Below, piece by piece: positions 1 to 12,638 of a stretch of DNA of 64,000 nucleotides (position 1 is its first letter; every line of letters begins with the position of its first letter). The stretch spans positions 1 to 64,000 of the forward strand of contig JAUCBJ010004912.1 of NCBI GenBank assembly GCA_032718475.1, given 5' to 3'. Under the pieces are notes generated by a model. That model was given only the letters and a program-made list of their open reading frames with translations, was not told where the DNA came from and searched no databases. The DNA is from Nemertoderma westbladi (taxonomy: Eukaryota; Animalia; Xenacoelomorpha). A program made the position numbers and the translations under genes.

Positions 1-2824
1 GCTCGCCCCAAAGAGAAAATGACTCTTGCTAGCTTTAAAAAACTGCGTAAACGCCGTCCGCGCAAGAAAGACTAACTGTTTAGAGTATTTATGTATATTA
101 GAAATTGTGATTTTGTATATTTTATAGACTTAAATCCCATTTTCTGGGAGCGGTGTAAAAGCTTTTGTGGGATAACTGATTCGTTTGCCTTGCTAACCAG
201 TTCCCCCCCAGTCGCTAGAATACTCTAAAAAGGGATCTATAACTCGAATAGCGCAAGCTACCGGCTGATTGGCTGATTCGCTGTGCGAAGGGATCTGGGC
301 TACGTTTGATTGTCCAACCAGCTTGGGAAAGTATCTGCCTATAGGATTTGAGTTGATTTTGATTTCGACCTATCACAGATCTACTGAACTGAATTTTCCT
401 ATCTTTATGCTCTTTCTCTGTGTTGGGTGGAAGCCTTTGTAAATAAGGTTATTCTTATCAGTTTTCAGTGTTGTTGGTCTTTCTTTCCTGAGCCAGGAGA
501 GAACGGCTTGTAAATATTTTGTGCTTTTCTGTTTTAGTCTAACACTAGTAGGCTTAATTATAAAGGGCATATATCCGTTATCAACAAACCTAACACAACA
601 CTTAATATCAAACTAATGAACTTAACGCACACTGAATTACTGTGCATACTTTTATATTGTTATACTGCTATTTACTGTCAGTTCTTCATAATATGGTTGA
701 TGAATTATTATATTTGGAATAACGATAAATAACCCCGAAACCCAATATTCTTGATATACCGAAGGTAAGAGAGAAAGGTTACATATAACGATTGTGACTT
801 ATGTTAAATTGGTTTGAAGTGAATCTAATGTTATTTGATAGACCCTACATGAGTCAGTCCGTGTTCCTTTTATATATAACTAAAATCAGTGAAGATCGGC
901 AGATCAGTGTGCAGTATTGTGCAGCATTGTGTATGAGTGATCCTGATAACGAAGCATTTCCTAAAGAATGCGCCATATATGTGAATTATAACTAAGCCAT
1001 ATCGTTGTGAGTAGTTTAAGTCATAACTCTGTTTGTATAGATAGAGCGCCACGCCCTAAAGGAACTGTTAATATTTCCCGAAGGTGAATAATATTGTCAG
1101 AGATTATATAATATTGTCAGTCGAATAATACATTAGGCTTACATAGCAATAAGATTAAGCCGTCGAACCCAATCTCCCGGGTATATCCAGCGGGTGAATG
1201 ATCGCGCACAGATTGGTTTCGACTAGTGTAGTGAATTAAATACTTGTCATAGACTAAAAGTGATTTATTATCTAGAAGACATCATAATTTGGCGGGTTAA
1301 ACTGCCAAAGGTCTAAAAGCGCGAACAATCTCGGCAACTACTGGATCGTTTTCAATAAGGTTTTTTATTGTGTTCTGTAATAATTGAGGCTGGATTTGCG
1401 CATCATCATACCGACTGATAACTTCTTATAGCTTCTTTGAACCTCTATTGAACATTTCGGACATGACAGGGGTCATATTGAAATTTAATAATATTTTATG
1501 CTATTACTGGAACGGAAGTATTTGTATCCTCCAAAAATTGATCTGAGAATGTAGGAAATTTTCAAGCTTCCGAATGATATATAGTTTGTACACCAAGGAC
1601 CATAATGGGGTGGGGGTCATTCTACTGCTCTCTAAATGTTATGCAAATTCTTTAAACAAGTGTTAAAAATGCTATTTTTTAGCGTTTGACAGAGAAATAT
1701 GGTAATATGCAGGGATTTTTCAACCCTGAAAACATGATGAGCAGAATTTTCAGGCCTAGTTTCATATATAAAACATTTCACCGTTTAAAAATTCTGCAAT
1801 CTAAACAGAAATTACGTTCCGGACAATTTCTAAGTCGGTTTTGGCCACTTTTGATGAGAATGACCCTACACTACATCGGCCTACATATTAATATCATGGC
1901 CTAGTTAATATCAACAATAGTCAGCCAGTACACATACAGACATTGAACAACAAACTGTACTAGTACTGTAGTAGTAGTAGTACACCTATTGTTCTGTTTA
2001 TGGCTGCAAAGGGAACTATCTGGGGAATTTAACAATGTCTAACACTAACACAATCTAACACTACTGTAAGGCCTGTTTCCGCGCTGCTTTTTTTTGAGCT
2101 TTTTGTCAAGCTTTTTTTAAGTTTTATAAAGCTCAAAAAAAGCTTGGAAAAAAGCTACAAAAATGCACATTTACCCAACTGGTTAACTGGTATTTTCATT
2201 GTTTCCTAAACTTTTTCAGAAAGTATATAACGAGTTGGTTTACATTTCATCTATGATAGACATAGTTTTAACGTACAAATTTTCCGAACTACAGGAGGAC
2301 AGATCCGTGTTCTCCTTTCTCGATAAAGATAGACGTCAATCACTTATTTACTGTTGCTATATTGATGGTCCGATCTGCACTGCACTGTGCGTTCTACGGT
2401 GGATTACATACAGTAGATAGACAGTAACAGAACCAGTCAATCATAAGAGTAAAACCATCTGCTAAGAATCCAAGGAAATATTTTTTCGGTTACATTGTAC
2501 AGTTTTCTAGTTCGTACCGGTACAATTAGGACCATTATGTACAGTTTTATAGTATGTACCATTTGGACCACTTCGCCATGTGTTGATGGTTACCGTTGCA
2601 ATGCATTACGAAATTTTTCTTTGACTGACAATTCATTGTTATATAAATTTGAGAGCAGCTTGCAGAATACACGTATATATTATTTCTGACTGACAAAATA
2701 TCGTCATTCTTCAGAATCCTGTGGATCTGCAAACAACTGCATTAAAGAAAAGTTTCAAGGGGACAGACACCTCTAACGGCAACGCAAGTACATACTGCAA
2801 CGAAAAAGTATACTGCGAACAAGG

Positions 2825-2915
2825 ATGAATCAAGTAACAACGGTGTTTCAGATGATGTTTTACTGGACAGTAATAGCACTGGTCATACTCATTTTCTCCG
2901 GATGTGTTACAAGTG
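2825..2915 (+). CDS. Exon 1 (signal peptide) of secreted LamG x2 - EGF x3 - ShKT x2 protein
   Basis: Reads MNQVTTVFQMMFYWTVIALVILIFSGCVTS(G|), a hydrophobic signal-peptide-like stretch ending at G|GTAAGT (phase 1). This matches the phase-1 acceptor at 23022. Linkage across the 20-kb intron is inferred. Alternative starts at 2852/2855. Confidence 0.7.
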
Positions 2916-3366
2916 GTAAGTCGAACTTGTTCAATGTTCAATAAACTGTACAGCCCAATGATTTACTGTAGTATATACAGTAAACGAATTCTAACTATTT
3001 ACATACTGTACTTGTGTGTAAAGTAGCACTTTACAGTGTGATGATCTGAGTGGCTTTGTTACACGAACGAAAGTTAGTGAGTGGGTAAAAATGCGTATGT
3101 AAACAACAAGTATATATGTAGTTTTATTCCAAAATTTGTGTTTTTTTTTTGATTTAAGGATACAGTAGCTACCAAAAACTAACTTTTTTGAATATTTTAA
3201 AATGGCGCCAAATTCAGAACTGAAAAAATAAGAATATTAACTATGTAGTTATTCTGAAAATTCTTAATTTCAAAATCTTTTCCAACCAAAATCTGTGATC
3301 AAGATCTGTGGATCCTGTGGCGGATCCCATAGAAGTAAAGACGGATCCCAGTAGGATCCGCGGATC

Positions 3367-4142
3367 CTAAAAACAGCGGATCCGCGGATACTTTAATAGT
3401 AGGATCGGCATGCTGCATTGCAGCTGCATTTTTAAGAATGCTGTGCCGGCTTGTCAACAAAATTGCACCGCCACAACTCCCTATCACCCATGACATTTGC
3501 TAGATCATCCGCATCTTTAAGGCCAGTGTCCTTTAAGATGCGTCTCAAGAAAGTCATGGGCTGTCCTCCATGCTTATTCACTCCATGAGGCTGCCAAAGT
3601 ACAAGATTATGCACTGGCTGGTCCTCACGGCGAAAGCAATGTCCTGCAAAGCGGAGGCGATTTTGTTCTAGTGTCAAGCTTGGGGGAACCAATGAGACAC
3701 CTCCAATGTTATATAGTGTCTGGTTGGAGATGTGTGCATTGTACTTGACACAATCTAAAAACAGCGGATCCGCGGATACTTTAATACTAGGATCGGCATG
3801 CTGCATTGCAGCTGCATTTTTAAGAATGCTGTGCCGGCTTGTCAACAAAATTGCACCGCCACAACTCCCTATCACCCATGACATTTGCTAGATCATCCGC
3901 ATCTTTAAGGCCAGTGTCCTTTAAGATGCGTCTCAAGAAAGTCATGGGCTGTCCTCCATGCTTATTCACTCCATGAGGCTGCCAAAGTACAAGATTATGC
4001 ACTTGCTGGTCCTCACGGCGAAAGCAATGTCCTGCAAAGCGGAGGCGATTTTGTTCTAGTGTCAAGCTTGGGGGAACCAATGAGACACCTCCAATGTTAT
4101 ATAGTGTCTGGTTGGAGATGTGTGCATTGTACTTGACACAAT
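3367..4142. repeat. Tandem direct duplication of 388 bp (RTE 3' end plus flank)
   Basis: 3367..3754 and 3755..4142 are near-identical; two substitutions seen. Confidence 0.9.
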
Positions 4143-5205
4143 GTACCCGGCGTAGCATTCTTGTGAATGTGCCATCCAGAGATTTGGTGTCCTCAGCAGT
4201 TAGAGCCCAGCATGGACTCCCGTAGAGGAGTACTGGAACTACTGCTGCTCTAAATAATCGGACCTTAAGTTTCCGATTAATTCTAGGTGACTTCCAAATC
4301 CTGGAAAGCCTATTCAAGGCTGCCCATGCCTTTCCCTTACGTATTCGAAGGTCCTCACCTGACTTCCGGATCCATGATCCCAGGTAACAGAAGTCGTCCA
4401 CATGCTCAAGCATACCATCCTTTGAGCTTATGCTCATCCGATCAGAGACTTGCTGAGGACTTTCAAAGTTAACTGTCAGAATTTTGGTCTTTCTGGAGTT
4501 AATAAAAAGACCAACACTAGAAGCAGCATGTTCTAATGAGCTGAGGAGCCGCTGGGCTCCCTCTAATGATTCTGAGAGTACTCCTAAGTCATCAGCAAAG
4601 TCTAGATCAGTTAGGTACTTGGCAGGATTTCCTCGACTTCTGGAGCCAGTAGGTGGAGTTATCATCACCCCATCATCATTATGATGATCTAAGGACATGC
4701 GCAGAACATAGTCAACCACAATAATGAACAAGAATGGTGCAAGTGTGTCTCCTTGGAGGACGCCCCATAACACTTCAAATGGTTCTGTGTCACCGTCAAC
4801 AGTAGACACAAATGTTGTCGAACCATCGTATACTGATCTGATTGCTGCAATAATTTCATCAGGAATCCCATATAATGAAAGTATGCTGAACATACGTGAG
4901 CGAGAGACTGAATCAAAGGCCTTGAAGAAGTCAACAAAGATAACAGCCAGATGCCTGTCTTTCTTTTTTGATAACTTTTCAATTATCCTTCTAAGTGCCA
5001 AAATGGGCTCCATGGTCCCACGACCTTTACGGAACCCATTCTGATTTCCACGTAGCAGTCTCTCAATGGGATCCCTGATGCGATTTAATAGAATTCTATT
5101 GTATAGTTTTGCAGCAATCGAGATCAATGAGATTCCCCGAAAAGAACCATAGAGTGTTAGGTTGCCCTTCTTGGGAACTGGCACCAACTTATTTGTTTTC
5201 ATTTC
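3755..5205 (-). mobile_element. 5'-truncated RTE-clade LINE
   Basis: Open RT ORF 3820..5202 begins abruptly at the start of the RT domain, followed by a short 3' UTR. No endonuclease is present. Ends approximate. Confidence 0.85.
3820..5202 (-). CDS. RTE-type reverse transcriptase (C-terminal part of ORF2)
   Basis: Motifs FRGISLIS, QNGFRKGRGT, FVDFFKAFDSV, GVLQGDTLAPFLF, DLDFADD, FCYLGS, VPVLLYGS, RLRFAGHC. Confidence 0.9.
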   Translation of the reverse strand: MKTNKLVPVPKKGNLTLYGSFRGISLISIAAKLYNRILLNRIRDPIERLLRGNQNGFRKGRGTMEPILALRRIIEKLSKKKDRHLAVIFVDFFKAFDSVSRSRMFSILSLYGIPDEIIAAIRSVYDGSTTFVSTVDGDTEPFEVLWGVLQGDTLAPFLFIIVVDYVLRMSLDHHNDDGVMITPPTGSRSRGNPAKYLTDLDFADDLGVLSESLEGAQRLLSSLEHAASSVGLFINSRKTKILTVNFESPQQVSDRMSISSKDGMLEHVDDFCYLGSWIRKSGEDLRIRKGKAWAALNRLSRIWKSPRINRKLKVRLFRAAVVPVLLYGSPCWALTAEDTKSLDGTFTRMLRRVHCVKYNAHISNQTLYNIGGVSLVPPSLTLEQNRLRFAGHCFRREDQQVHNLVLWQPHGVNKHGGQPMTFLRRILKDTGLKDADDLANVMGDRELWRCNFVDKPAQHS

Positions 5206-6852
5206 TAGTGGGACTCTTGTTGTACGGTAATTGTATACTTTAATAGTCTATGGTATCCGCCGAATACAAATTTGTAAACCGCCCAAGACATATTGTTTCA
5301 GGTATTCAATCTAAGATAATAACTGGCCCACTAAATTTAGGTGCTTTGCAGCAGCTTGGCGGGTCGTACAGTACTGTATCTATAGTACAGTAGGTCATGG
5401 TCACTCACATGGTGCACTTTCTGGGTGGCATACGCGTCATTGATAACAGGGCCATGCGCCCAGTCGCCTCCCAACTCGCGTTTTTGCCCTTTTTACTCAG
5501 TGTGTTTCTGGCATACTTGCTCGCCGAAGTTAGCCTTGGGATTAACTGACTAAATAGCCGAGACGTAGGCCGCCAGATCTTGCTCGGGAGGGCCTGTGGT
5601 AAACTATATTCTGAACGTGCTAACTCTGACGCAGCTCTGCTAGCTAGCTCGGTAGCAGGCCGTCAGCCTTCACTCAAGACCCACTACAGTACTTTGCCCC
5701 CTGTACAAAGTGGCTCTGTGGTTATTTATAACGGATATAATTTTCGGGGTAAAGTTTCGCTAATCTCATATGCCCAAACCGGACCACCGGGACCGCTGTT
5801 TGGACATAGCAATGTGTTTACAAAGAACCGAGTTTCTATAGCGCGGAAGCTGTATCAAGTAATTTTGCAACTGTGGTGACTACAATTTTAGACTAAATTG
5901 TTGTGTTATTTGATATATTATTGTTGATATTATTACGGCCAATTTTGTCCGTAATAACAAAATTACGAGGGCCACTTTGTCTCCGAACGGATCCAAAATC
6001 CCAGTCACCCGGTTTCTATTTTTCCTCTCCCCAGATGTTTTTATATGTTTATTTCTTATATTAATATTTATCACTAAAATTAAGATATTAACATCTGGAA
6101 ATTAGAAATCATCGTTATTTTTAACACAATAGCCTTATAAAGTCATAAAGTCCATATAAAAGTCGGCTAGCGGGAAATAGAGCTGAAAGTACTGTAATTA
6201 TATTATTTAAGGGGATTTTGTAGCGGGAAAAGCCAGGCTTCGACTCTCAAGACTATCAATTAATTATAAGCCGTTTGGGAGTTTTCTACTCCGAGGGCGT
6301 GATAAATCTTTTACATAGCCAGAGAAAAACTGTTGAACAGACTGCAAACTTGTGTCTCTGCAGTAAAAGGTACGAAGTACTGTAGACGCTCAATTTAAAC
6401 TTGCCTGTCCGTAAAATTCCTTCGGCTTGTAAAAAAACTAATTTTCTCTCACAAAATGATTTTTTTCGCGCAAAAACTAATTTTTTCTCGGAAATTTAAT
6501 TTTTTCGCGCAAAAGTAAATTTTTAGGCGCAAAAACTAAATTTTTTTATTTGCGCCAAAACATATTTTTGCACGCAAAAACCTATTTTTGATGCAAAAAA
6601 TCGATACGTGAAAAATTTGCCACAAATTCGAATAAAATACCAAATGTATGCCATACTGTATTATACTGTAATTATTGTTGGCTAGTCGGATGCCAAGAGG
6701 CTAAAGTTGAAAGCAGTGACAACATGTTAATGCCAATTCCACATTGGTAGACGATGGTTTTATTTTGGTAATATTGATGTGTTTTTTTCGTACTGTAGTT
6801 GTAGGATCTGTCTGGGGCATCGTTGTAGCAGGCCAGAAGATGCCCTGCTCTA

Positions 6853-7462
6853 TGTGACGGGATACGAGTTGGCGAGGATCCCGATCGGATTTTGTGTAGT
6901 GGTTCATACGCGTCGCCGCGTGCCAATGGCTAAAGGCTAAAGGCTTGGGACTGGAAGGCCGAAGGCCGATATAATAAACTGAGTTAATAACTGAGTCCGT
7001 GATTATTAGTAATGTCAGATATATGAGCATCATTAATACAGCACAATAGTAGCAGTAATGGCGATGGTTGAAAACTGTTTGACTTCTACACTCTACATAG
7101 CCAACTGAAGCACAATTGACAGAGTAACGGTTATATATATTACACCGGATACACATTCCTATCTAGGATTGGCCTACCAATGAATGCGCGATAATTAATG
7201 GTAAACCGCCCCATCATTGGTAGATCTATTCTCTGGCCAAACCCATTTTCCCTGGCCCTATGCTAGCTTCCTCCTGAGATGGGCTAATCTGCTGGGATTT
7301 CTCTCTCTCATCTCTCATCTCTCTCTAGCTGGCAATGCATATTGCCCTGGTGTCTTCGTTATGCGATATTATATTGGTAATATCGCATATCCGATTATGA
7401 TTCGTAAATCATACCTTTCCCCATTTTCCGCTGGGTGGTGCAGCGAATTGGATCCGCTAACG
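6853..7462 (-). repeat. 3' LTR (610 bp)
   Basis: Matches 21773..22335 with scattered substitutions and indels; adjacent to the PPT. Confidence 0.9.
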
Positions 7463-8859
7463 CTTCCCCCATGCTATCACCCAAAGTGCGCTCCAATTCC
7501 GCTGGAATCCAGTCTAGTACTGGATGTGGGGTGGAATTTTTTCTTGGGGCCAGTTTTCCAGACTGGCCCCTCTGGGTCTGTTCTCGCTACCCACCCTTGG
7601 TACATCTGCGAGCTAAGTTGTACTGAGGCATCTGGCGTCTCTGTTTAGACGATCTCCTCACTTCCTCCTCACCTCATTAGTCCCGTTGGACTCATCCTCC
7701 ACTCCGCTCGCTCCCCACATTTGAATTTTCGCGTCCTTCATCTTTTCCCAAACCTTCGCACCTCCTCACCATATTCCTATCGTACTCAACCCCGTTTTAC
7801 TCTCACTCTCTACACTCCTGTTGGGCTTCACATAACCCTGCATACGCGCGCTGTATGTATGGTAAGTGAGCCTTTTGTCTCGTCCTCGTGTTTCAGTCAA
7901 TTAGTCCCCAGTCCCAGTAGCTAATTGGAAAAGGTTACATGTGACTACAGTACATTGTATGATGGTTATATATGATCATACTGCGATTGATTACTTTATA
8001 AATCTTATTTATATTATTTATAATTTGGGTGGGAATATCTTACTTTAGTCTACAATTCCGGCGCTGCCTTCCAGGCATCCTGATGCTTTCTCGTCATTAA
8101 ATGACATCAGCGAACGACATCCGGAGCGTCGGTCTAGAAATTTATCCCATCCTGCCAGTTCATCGTAGTTCTACTCTTTTATCCTCGTCCTGGCTTGGGC
8201 GCTCCCTGCCATCCCGTTTGTTCTTAGTCGCGGATGTACTAACCCACCCACGGTTTTACTAATCCCTGTTTTCAGTTCCCTGGGCGTGGTTGTTACAATC
8301 TCTCGATAACGCTTCGCTGGTGGTTCCACAAGTGTCCCTCCTACCCATACCCCCGGTTGCGCCCCTCGGGATGTTTCTTATCTCGCAGGATATGAGCTCT
8401 CATAATAAATCCTAAACTCCACCCTGTTGTTCAATGACCAGACCACACATCCAGGTGTCACTGGGTATTGGTGACCCCTCCGTGCGGCGCGGTTGTCGTT
8501 ACCTCCCGGCAGCCTGGCGGGCGAATGGCAATTTCGTCTCGGTCGACCGAGGTTTTCCTTTACATGGAACATTCCACCCCGTTACGACACAGTGGAGAAG
8601 CCTGCCGATCGTTTTATCCACCTTTATCCAATGTCACATGGATCCCCACTAGCCGTTACCTTTGTCACCGTTTCCCCACCATCCCAATCTCTCATCAAAC
8701 TGATGGTGCCTTGGTAAGGCTCAGTATGACAAGAGACGACCAATTCTACCTGAATCAGTGTTAAAATCTGGGATGGCCTACCCCTTTCTCCTCTTCTCCC
8801 TTATGTGTTGATACCCTAATTTGTAATTTTTTCCGTTACCTTTTAATTATGATTGTAGA

Positions 8860-9540
8860 CTATATATGGTCCCATTGACACGGCCTTAGTACTTATTAAG
8901 TACGTTAGCACCTAGTGCTCATTAGACGTACTTAATGTGTACTCATCTAATCCTAAATGTGGTACTATGTACCCTTCTAATCCTAAATATAGTACGTATT
9001 ATGTACTACTATTGGTCCCATTGACCCGGCGTAAGTATAGTACGTATTATGTACTACTATAATAGTAGTACATAATACGTACTATACTTACACCGGGTCA
9101 ATGGGACCAATAATTGGTCCCCTTGACCCGGCATTAGTGCGTATGTAATTATGTACATTAGTACAGGTGTACTCTTCAGACGTATATATTGTACAGTATA
9201 TATGTTAGTACGTTTGTACTCATCAAGCGTACGTAATTGTGTCTACCTACTCCTAAATATTATGTACATTAGTACAGGTGTACTCATCAGACGTACGTAT
9301 ATATGTTAGTACATTTGTTCCCATCAGACGTATGTAATATTCATCTAGACCTAAATAACATGTACGTTGGTAAAGGTGTACTCATCAGACGTATGTATTG
9401 TATATACGTTAGTACGTTTGTACCCATCGGACGTACGTAATGTTCATCTAAACCTAAATAATATGTACGTTAGTACAGGTGTACTCATCAGATGTTTGTA
9501 TGTACGTTAGTACGTTTGTACACATCGGACGTACGTAGTT
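8860..9540. repeat. Degenerate AT-rich tandem repeats inside the LTR element, with a near-perfect palindrome at 9010..9112
   Basis: Recurrent tagtacg/gtactcatcagacgta and ggtcccattgacccggc units; 51-bp inverted arms with a 1-nt spacer. Confidence 0.75.
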
Positions 9541-10157
9541 ATATTTTTATTTTATTATTTTTATATTTTATTTGTGGGAAGGGTGTATCGCCCTCATTCC
9601 CACCCCCTCAGTCCAATTTATTGGACGACTCATCAACCTAAGGCCGATTCATCCAGCAGGCAACATTACCACTGCCCTCTTGTAGGTCTTCTTATTCTTC
9701 TCCCCACTCCCCTTGTCAATCCTAACTCCCTCGGATATGACCTTCCCTTCTCCTCCAGCCTAAGATCCGACCTTTCCATCACCCCACAGAACTCTTCATC
9801 GTCCCCTGGTGGCAGAATGCCACCCTTCATCTTGTTGTCACTTGGTGGCAGAATGCCACCCTTCATCTCATCGTCACTGGTACATTCCACCTCTGCTGGC
9901 CTCCCCCTCAATATGTGCGCCAGCGTTAAAGCCCCCAATGACCCTTGGTCATCCTTCGGTACGCATAATGGCTTCCATTTAATGCCCCCTCGCACTCTGC
10001 CAGCCCCGTGTTCAACACGTCTCCTTTAACTTCCCCGTTCCTATCACCCTTCATTATCGGCTCCTCTCCCTTTGATCAACCTTCTTATATCCCCTCCCTT
10101 TCCACCTTATCTTCTTATTCGATCCCCCTGGTATCTGTATACTCTTTAATTGGATCA

Positions 10158-10340
10158 ACGTCTCTTACGGATATCTCTCCGGATATCTCGCCGTCCACTC
10201 TTCCCCACCCTCGTACCGGACTGGCGTCTCTTCCAGACATCTCCACAGATATCTCGCCATCTGCTCTTCCCCATCCTCGTACCGGACAGCGTCAGTAGCG
10301 TCTCTTCCAGACATCTCTCCGGATATCTCGCCATCCACTC
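10158..10340. repeat. ~60-bp tandem repeat, about 3 copies
   Basis: Units of cgtctcttccagacatctc...gatatctcgccatc...ctcgtaccggac. Confidence 0.7.
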
Positions 10341-10559
10341 TCTTGCTGTTTCTTCTCGTCCTATCTCTTCTATCAACGGCATTTCTCTGGACTCATTCTC
10401 CACCCTTTCCACTATGCGAGGTTCCAGATCCATACCCGCCCATGACTGCTGATATCCTTCCCCGGGCCGCTTCACATATCGTATCTCCCCATCGCCCATC
10501 TTTCACTGCTGCTCTACTTCCCCAATGGTACCAGACAGCATGCATCCAGAAGTTTCGGG

Positions 10560-12377
10560 TGTGTGAAATGAAATGCTGGATTTAATAGGCCCAGTAAGCG
10601 TCCATCCAAATGGCGTTAGGTTCGCCACTGGGTCTCGCTCCTTATCGTTCCCAAATATCGTTTATAGCCTCTCATGGGCTGCCAGGCAATCCATCCCGAC
10701 TATCAGAGACACTTTCGGCACATCGAGGTCTGGTGTCGACAGGTCAATTGGGTCCAGGTGCTGATATTGCTCGACCTCAATCTTCATCGGCCACCAGGCA
10801 TTGATGTTTATGGATTGAATAATACATATAGGGTCTATAGTCGCTCCATAGTTGGAACCGGGAGTTACAGCCCCTATCCAACACCTTCCTGTTCTCATCG
10901 GAAGAATTTCATCCTTGGCGGATATGGTGGTGACCACCATCTTACTCGACCTAGTCTTTAGTTGTCTTGCAGCCTATCTGCTATCCAGCTTTCCCACTAA
11001 ATGTATTGTCATTACCCCCCCCCCCCCCCCCCCACTTGTCCAGTCACACCAGTTCTGTGTTGGTCGTCCGGTACCTGTAAGTGGAGTGTTAACAAAAGTT
11101 TCCATCACCCTTGGTTCTTCGTAAATACTTCCAGGAACCAGCTTTGCTCTCTGATAAACCCAGTTTCACCAGTTCTAATCGGCGTTTCTGTTTCGCCTGA
11201 TACTGCATTAACCCTCTCAACCAGGTATGCATATCATCCCGCATTCTCTTACCAGCCATCTCCCTTTCTCTGTCCTCTCTAATACTCTGGTCGGCCAACA
11301 TGTTTTCCCTCTCAATCCTCTCAGCTTTCCTCGCATCTCGTCTTTACACTCATTCACATCCTTCACTTCCCATTCTCTGCACTCACTCAGTTCCTTCTCA
11401 ACCCACTCCGCCTCCCTTGCATCCCGCTATTTATAGTCTCTTGCCACTTTCTCGGCTCTCTCTTTACATTCTCTTGCTAACTCCCTTTCCCTCTCTAACA
11501 TCGTAATCCCCTCATCCAATTGTCTCTCTAATTCTCTTTGGTCCAATGGACCATGTCTAGCTGACACACCAGACCTATCTCTAACACCCTTATTGCTTTT
11601 GCGGAGGGTGTAGCGGACTTTTCGGTTACGACAGACTCCCAATGCCTGCTGGTTTTACTTTATTGCGCCTGCTGGGGTTTTTACTAACGGGTGACACCGA
11701 ATCCTCCGGGTCAACATCGGGTTCGGCGTCGTTCGAAACCGCCCATCCCACTAACTTAATCCCCCGTGCATCCACCAGATAAGGTCCTATGTACACTACA
11801 CAATACGGCATTACCCCAGATCGCCACAATTCAAACAGTTCTGTGGTGAGGTGACCCCTCTCACCTTCCCATTCGCCAATTGCCCCCGCCCAAATCATAC
11901 TAGGTAGTGAAAATATTTATTACACTCACCGAGTCTGCGACTTAACTTGGGCTCGTCTACCTTTCCTTCTGTTTTAGCGTCTTTGAAGATCCTTCTCATC
12001 GCATTGTATCCGCATCATAGGCGATCGCTCATCCCGAAGTCCTCTTCCTGAACTCCTTGGCCTCCTCTCCTCATCCGGCGTGGTACCGTCGGCCCCACCA
12101 TTGCCTTTCCGGTGGGCCGCTCGCCACCTGTAGCCACGGGTTGGTTGGTGACTCAGATAATCCTCTCGCTGCTCCCGTCCCGTGTCGACTCGTGTCCCTC
12201 TTCTCCTTGTACCCGTCCGCCCTCCTCCTCAACAACCGAACCATCTTTCCTCGGCGATTCCGGTGTGGTGGGCTGGTACCGCCTCATCGCCACCTCCCGA
12301 ATTGTCGCATCTCTATCGCTCGGGGTGCGCGGTGGACTCTCTCCCTTCTCCGAACTCTGGGGTGTTCGTTCACTCAT
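10560..12377 (-). pseudogene. Decayed gag-like and aspartic-protease-like region of the LTR element
   Basis: Fragmented frames start at MSERTPQ (12377) and include charged coiled-coil-like pieces. VLDRGC resembles the D-T/S-G protease motif, and LIVGMDCL resembles the retropepsin ILGMDWL motif. Many stops. Confidence 0.55.
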
Positions 12378-12638
12378 TGTGTTGGCATGTCGTCATCACA
12401 GCTAATCATCATCATCATCATTGATTTAATTCGCACGAGGCGACAATACTGGGTAAATGTGAATAAAAATGCACGCAATGCACAATAAAAACAGCTGGCT
12501 AAAAATATAAAGTATGTGATTAGAATATGGATTGATATTATGTATATGTATTGATGATATAGGGATTGATATTATTATATATATGATATGGATTAAGATT
12601 GATAGAATCCAAATAAAATCATAGTCAGACAAAGCGAA

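Noticed and set aside
1-75. Possible C-terminus ARPKEKMTLASFKKLRKRRPRKKD* at the window edge
   Set aside because: Too short and truncated to assign to a gene or element.
930-990. CTGATAA...hairpin resembling a hammerhead ribozyme core
   Set aside because: Lacks the CUGAnGA/GAAA core and closing stems; no Penelope ORF nearby.
3299-3884. ORFs of 65 and 150 aa resembling separate genes
   Set aside because: By-products of the 388-bp duplication of the RTE 3' end.
6672-7648. ORFs in the LTR (same peptide recurs at 21824..22069)
   Set aside because: They lie in the LTR direct repeats, use non-ATG starts and show no domain motifs.
7463-10560. Search for RT, RNase H, integrase or env in the LTR element interior
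   Set aside because: No YxDD, DAS, HHCC or DDE motif recognised by eye; short ORFs there are unsupported. A translated HMM search is needed to exclude decayed remnants.
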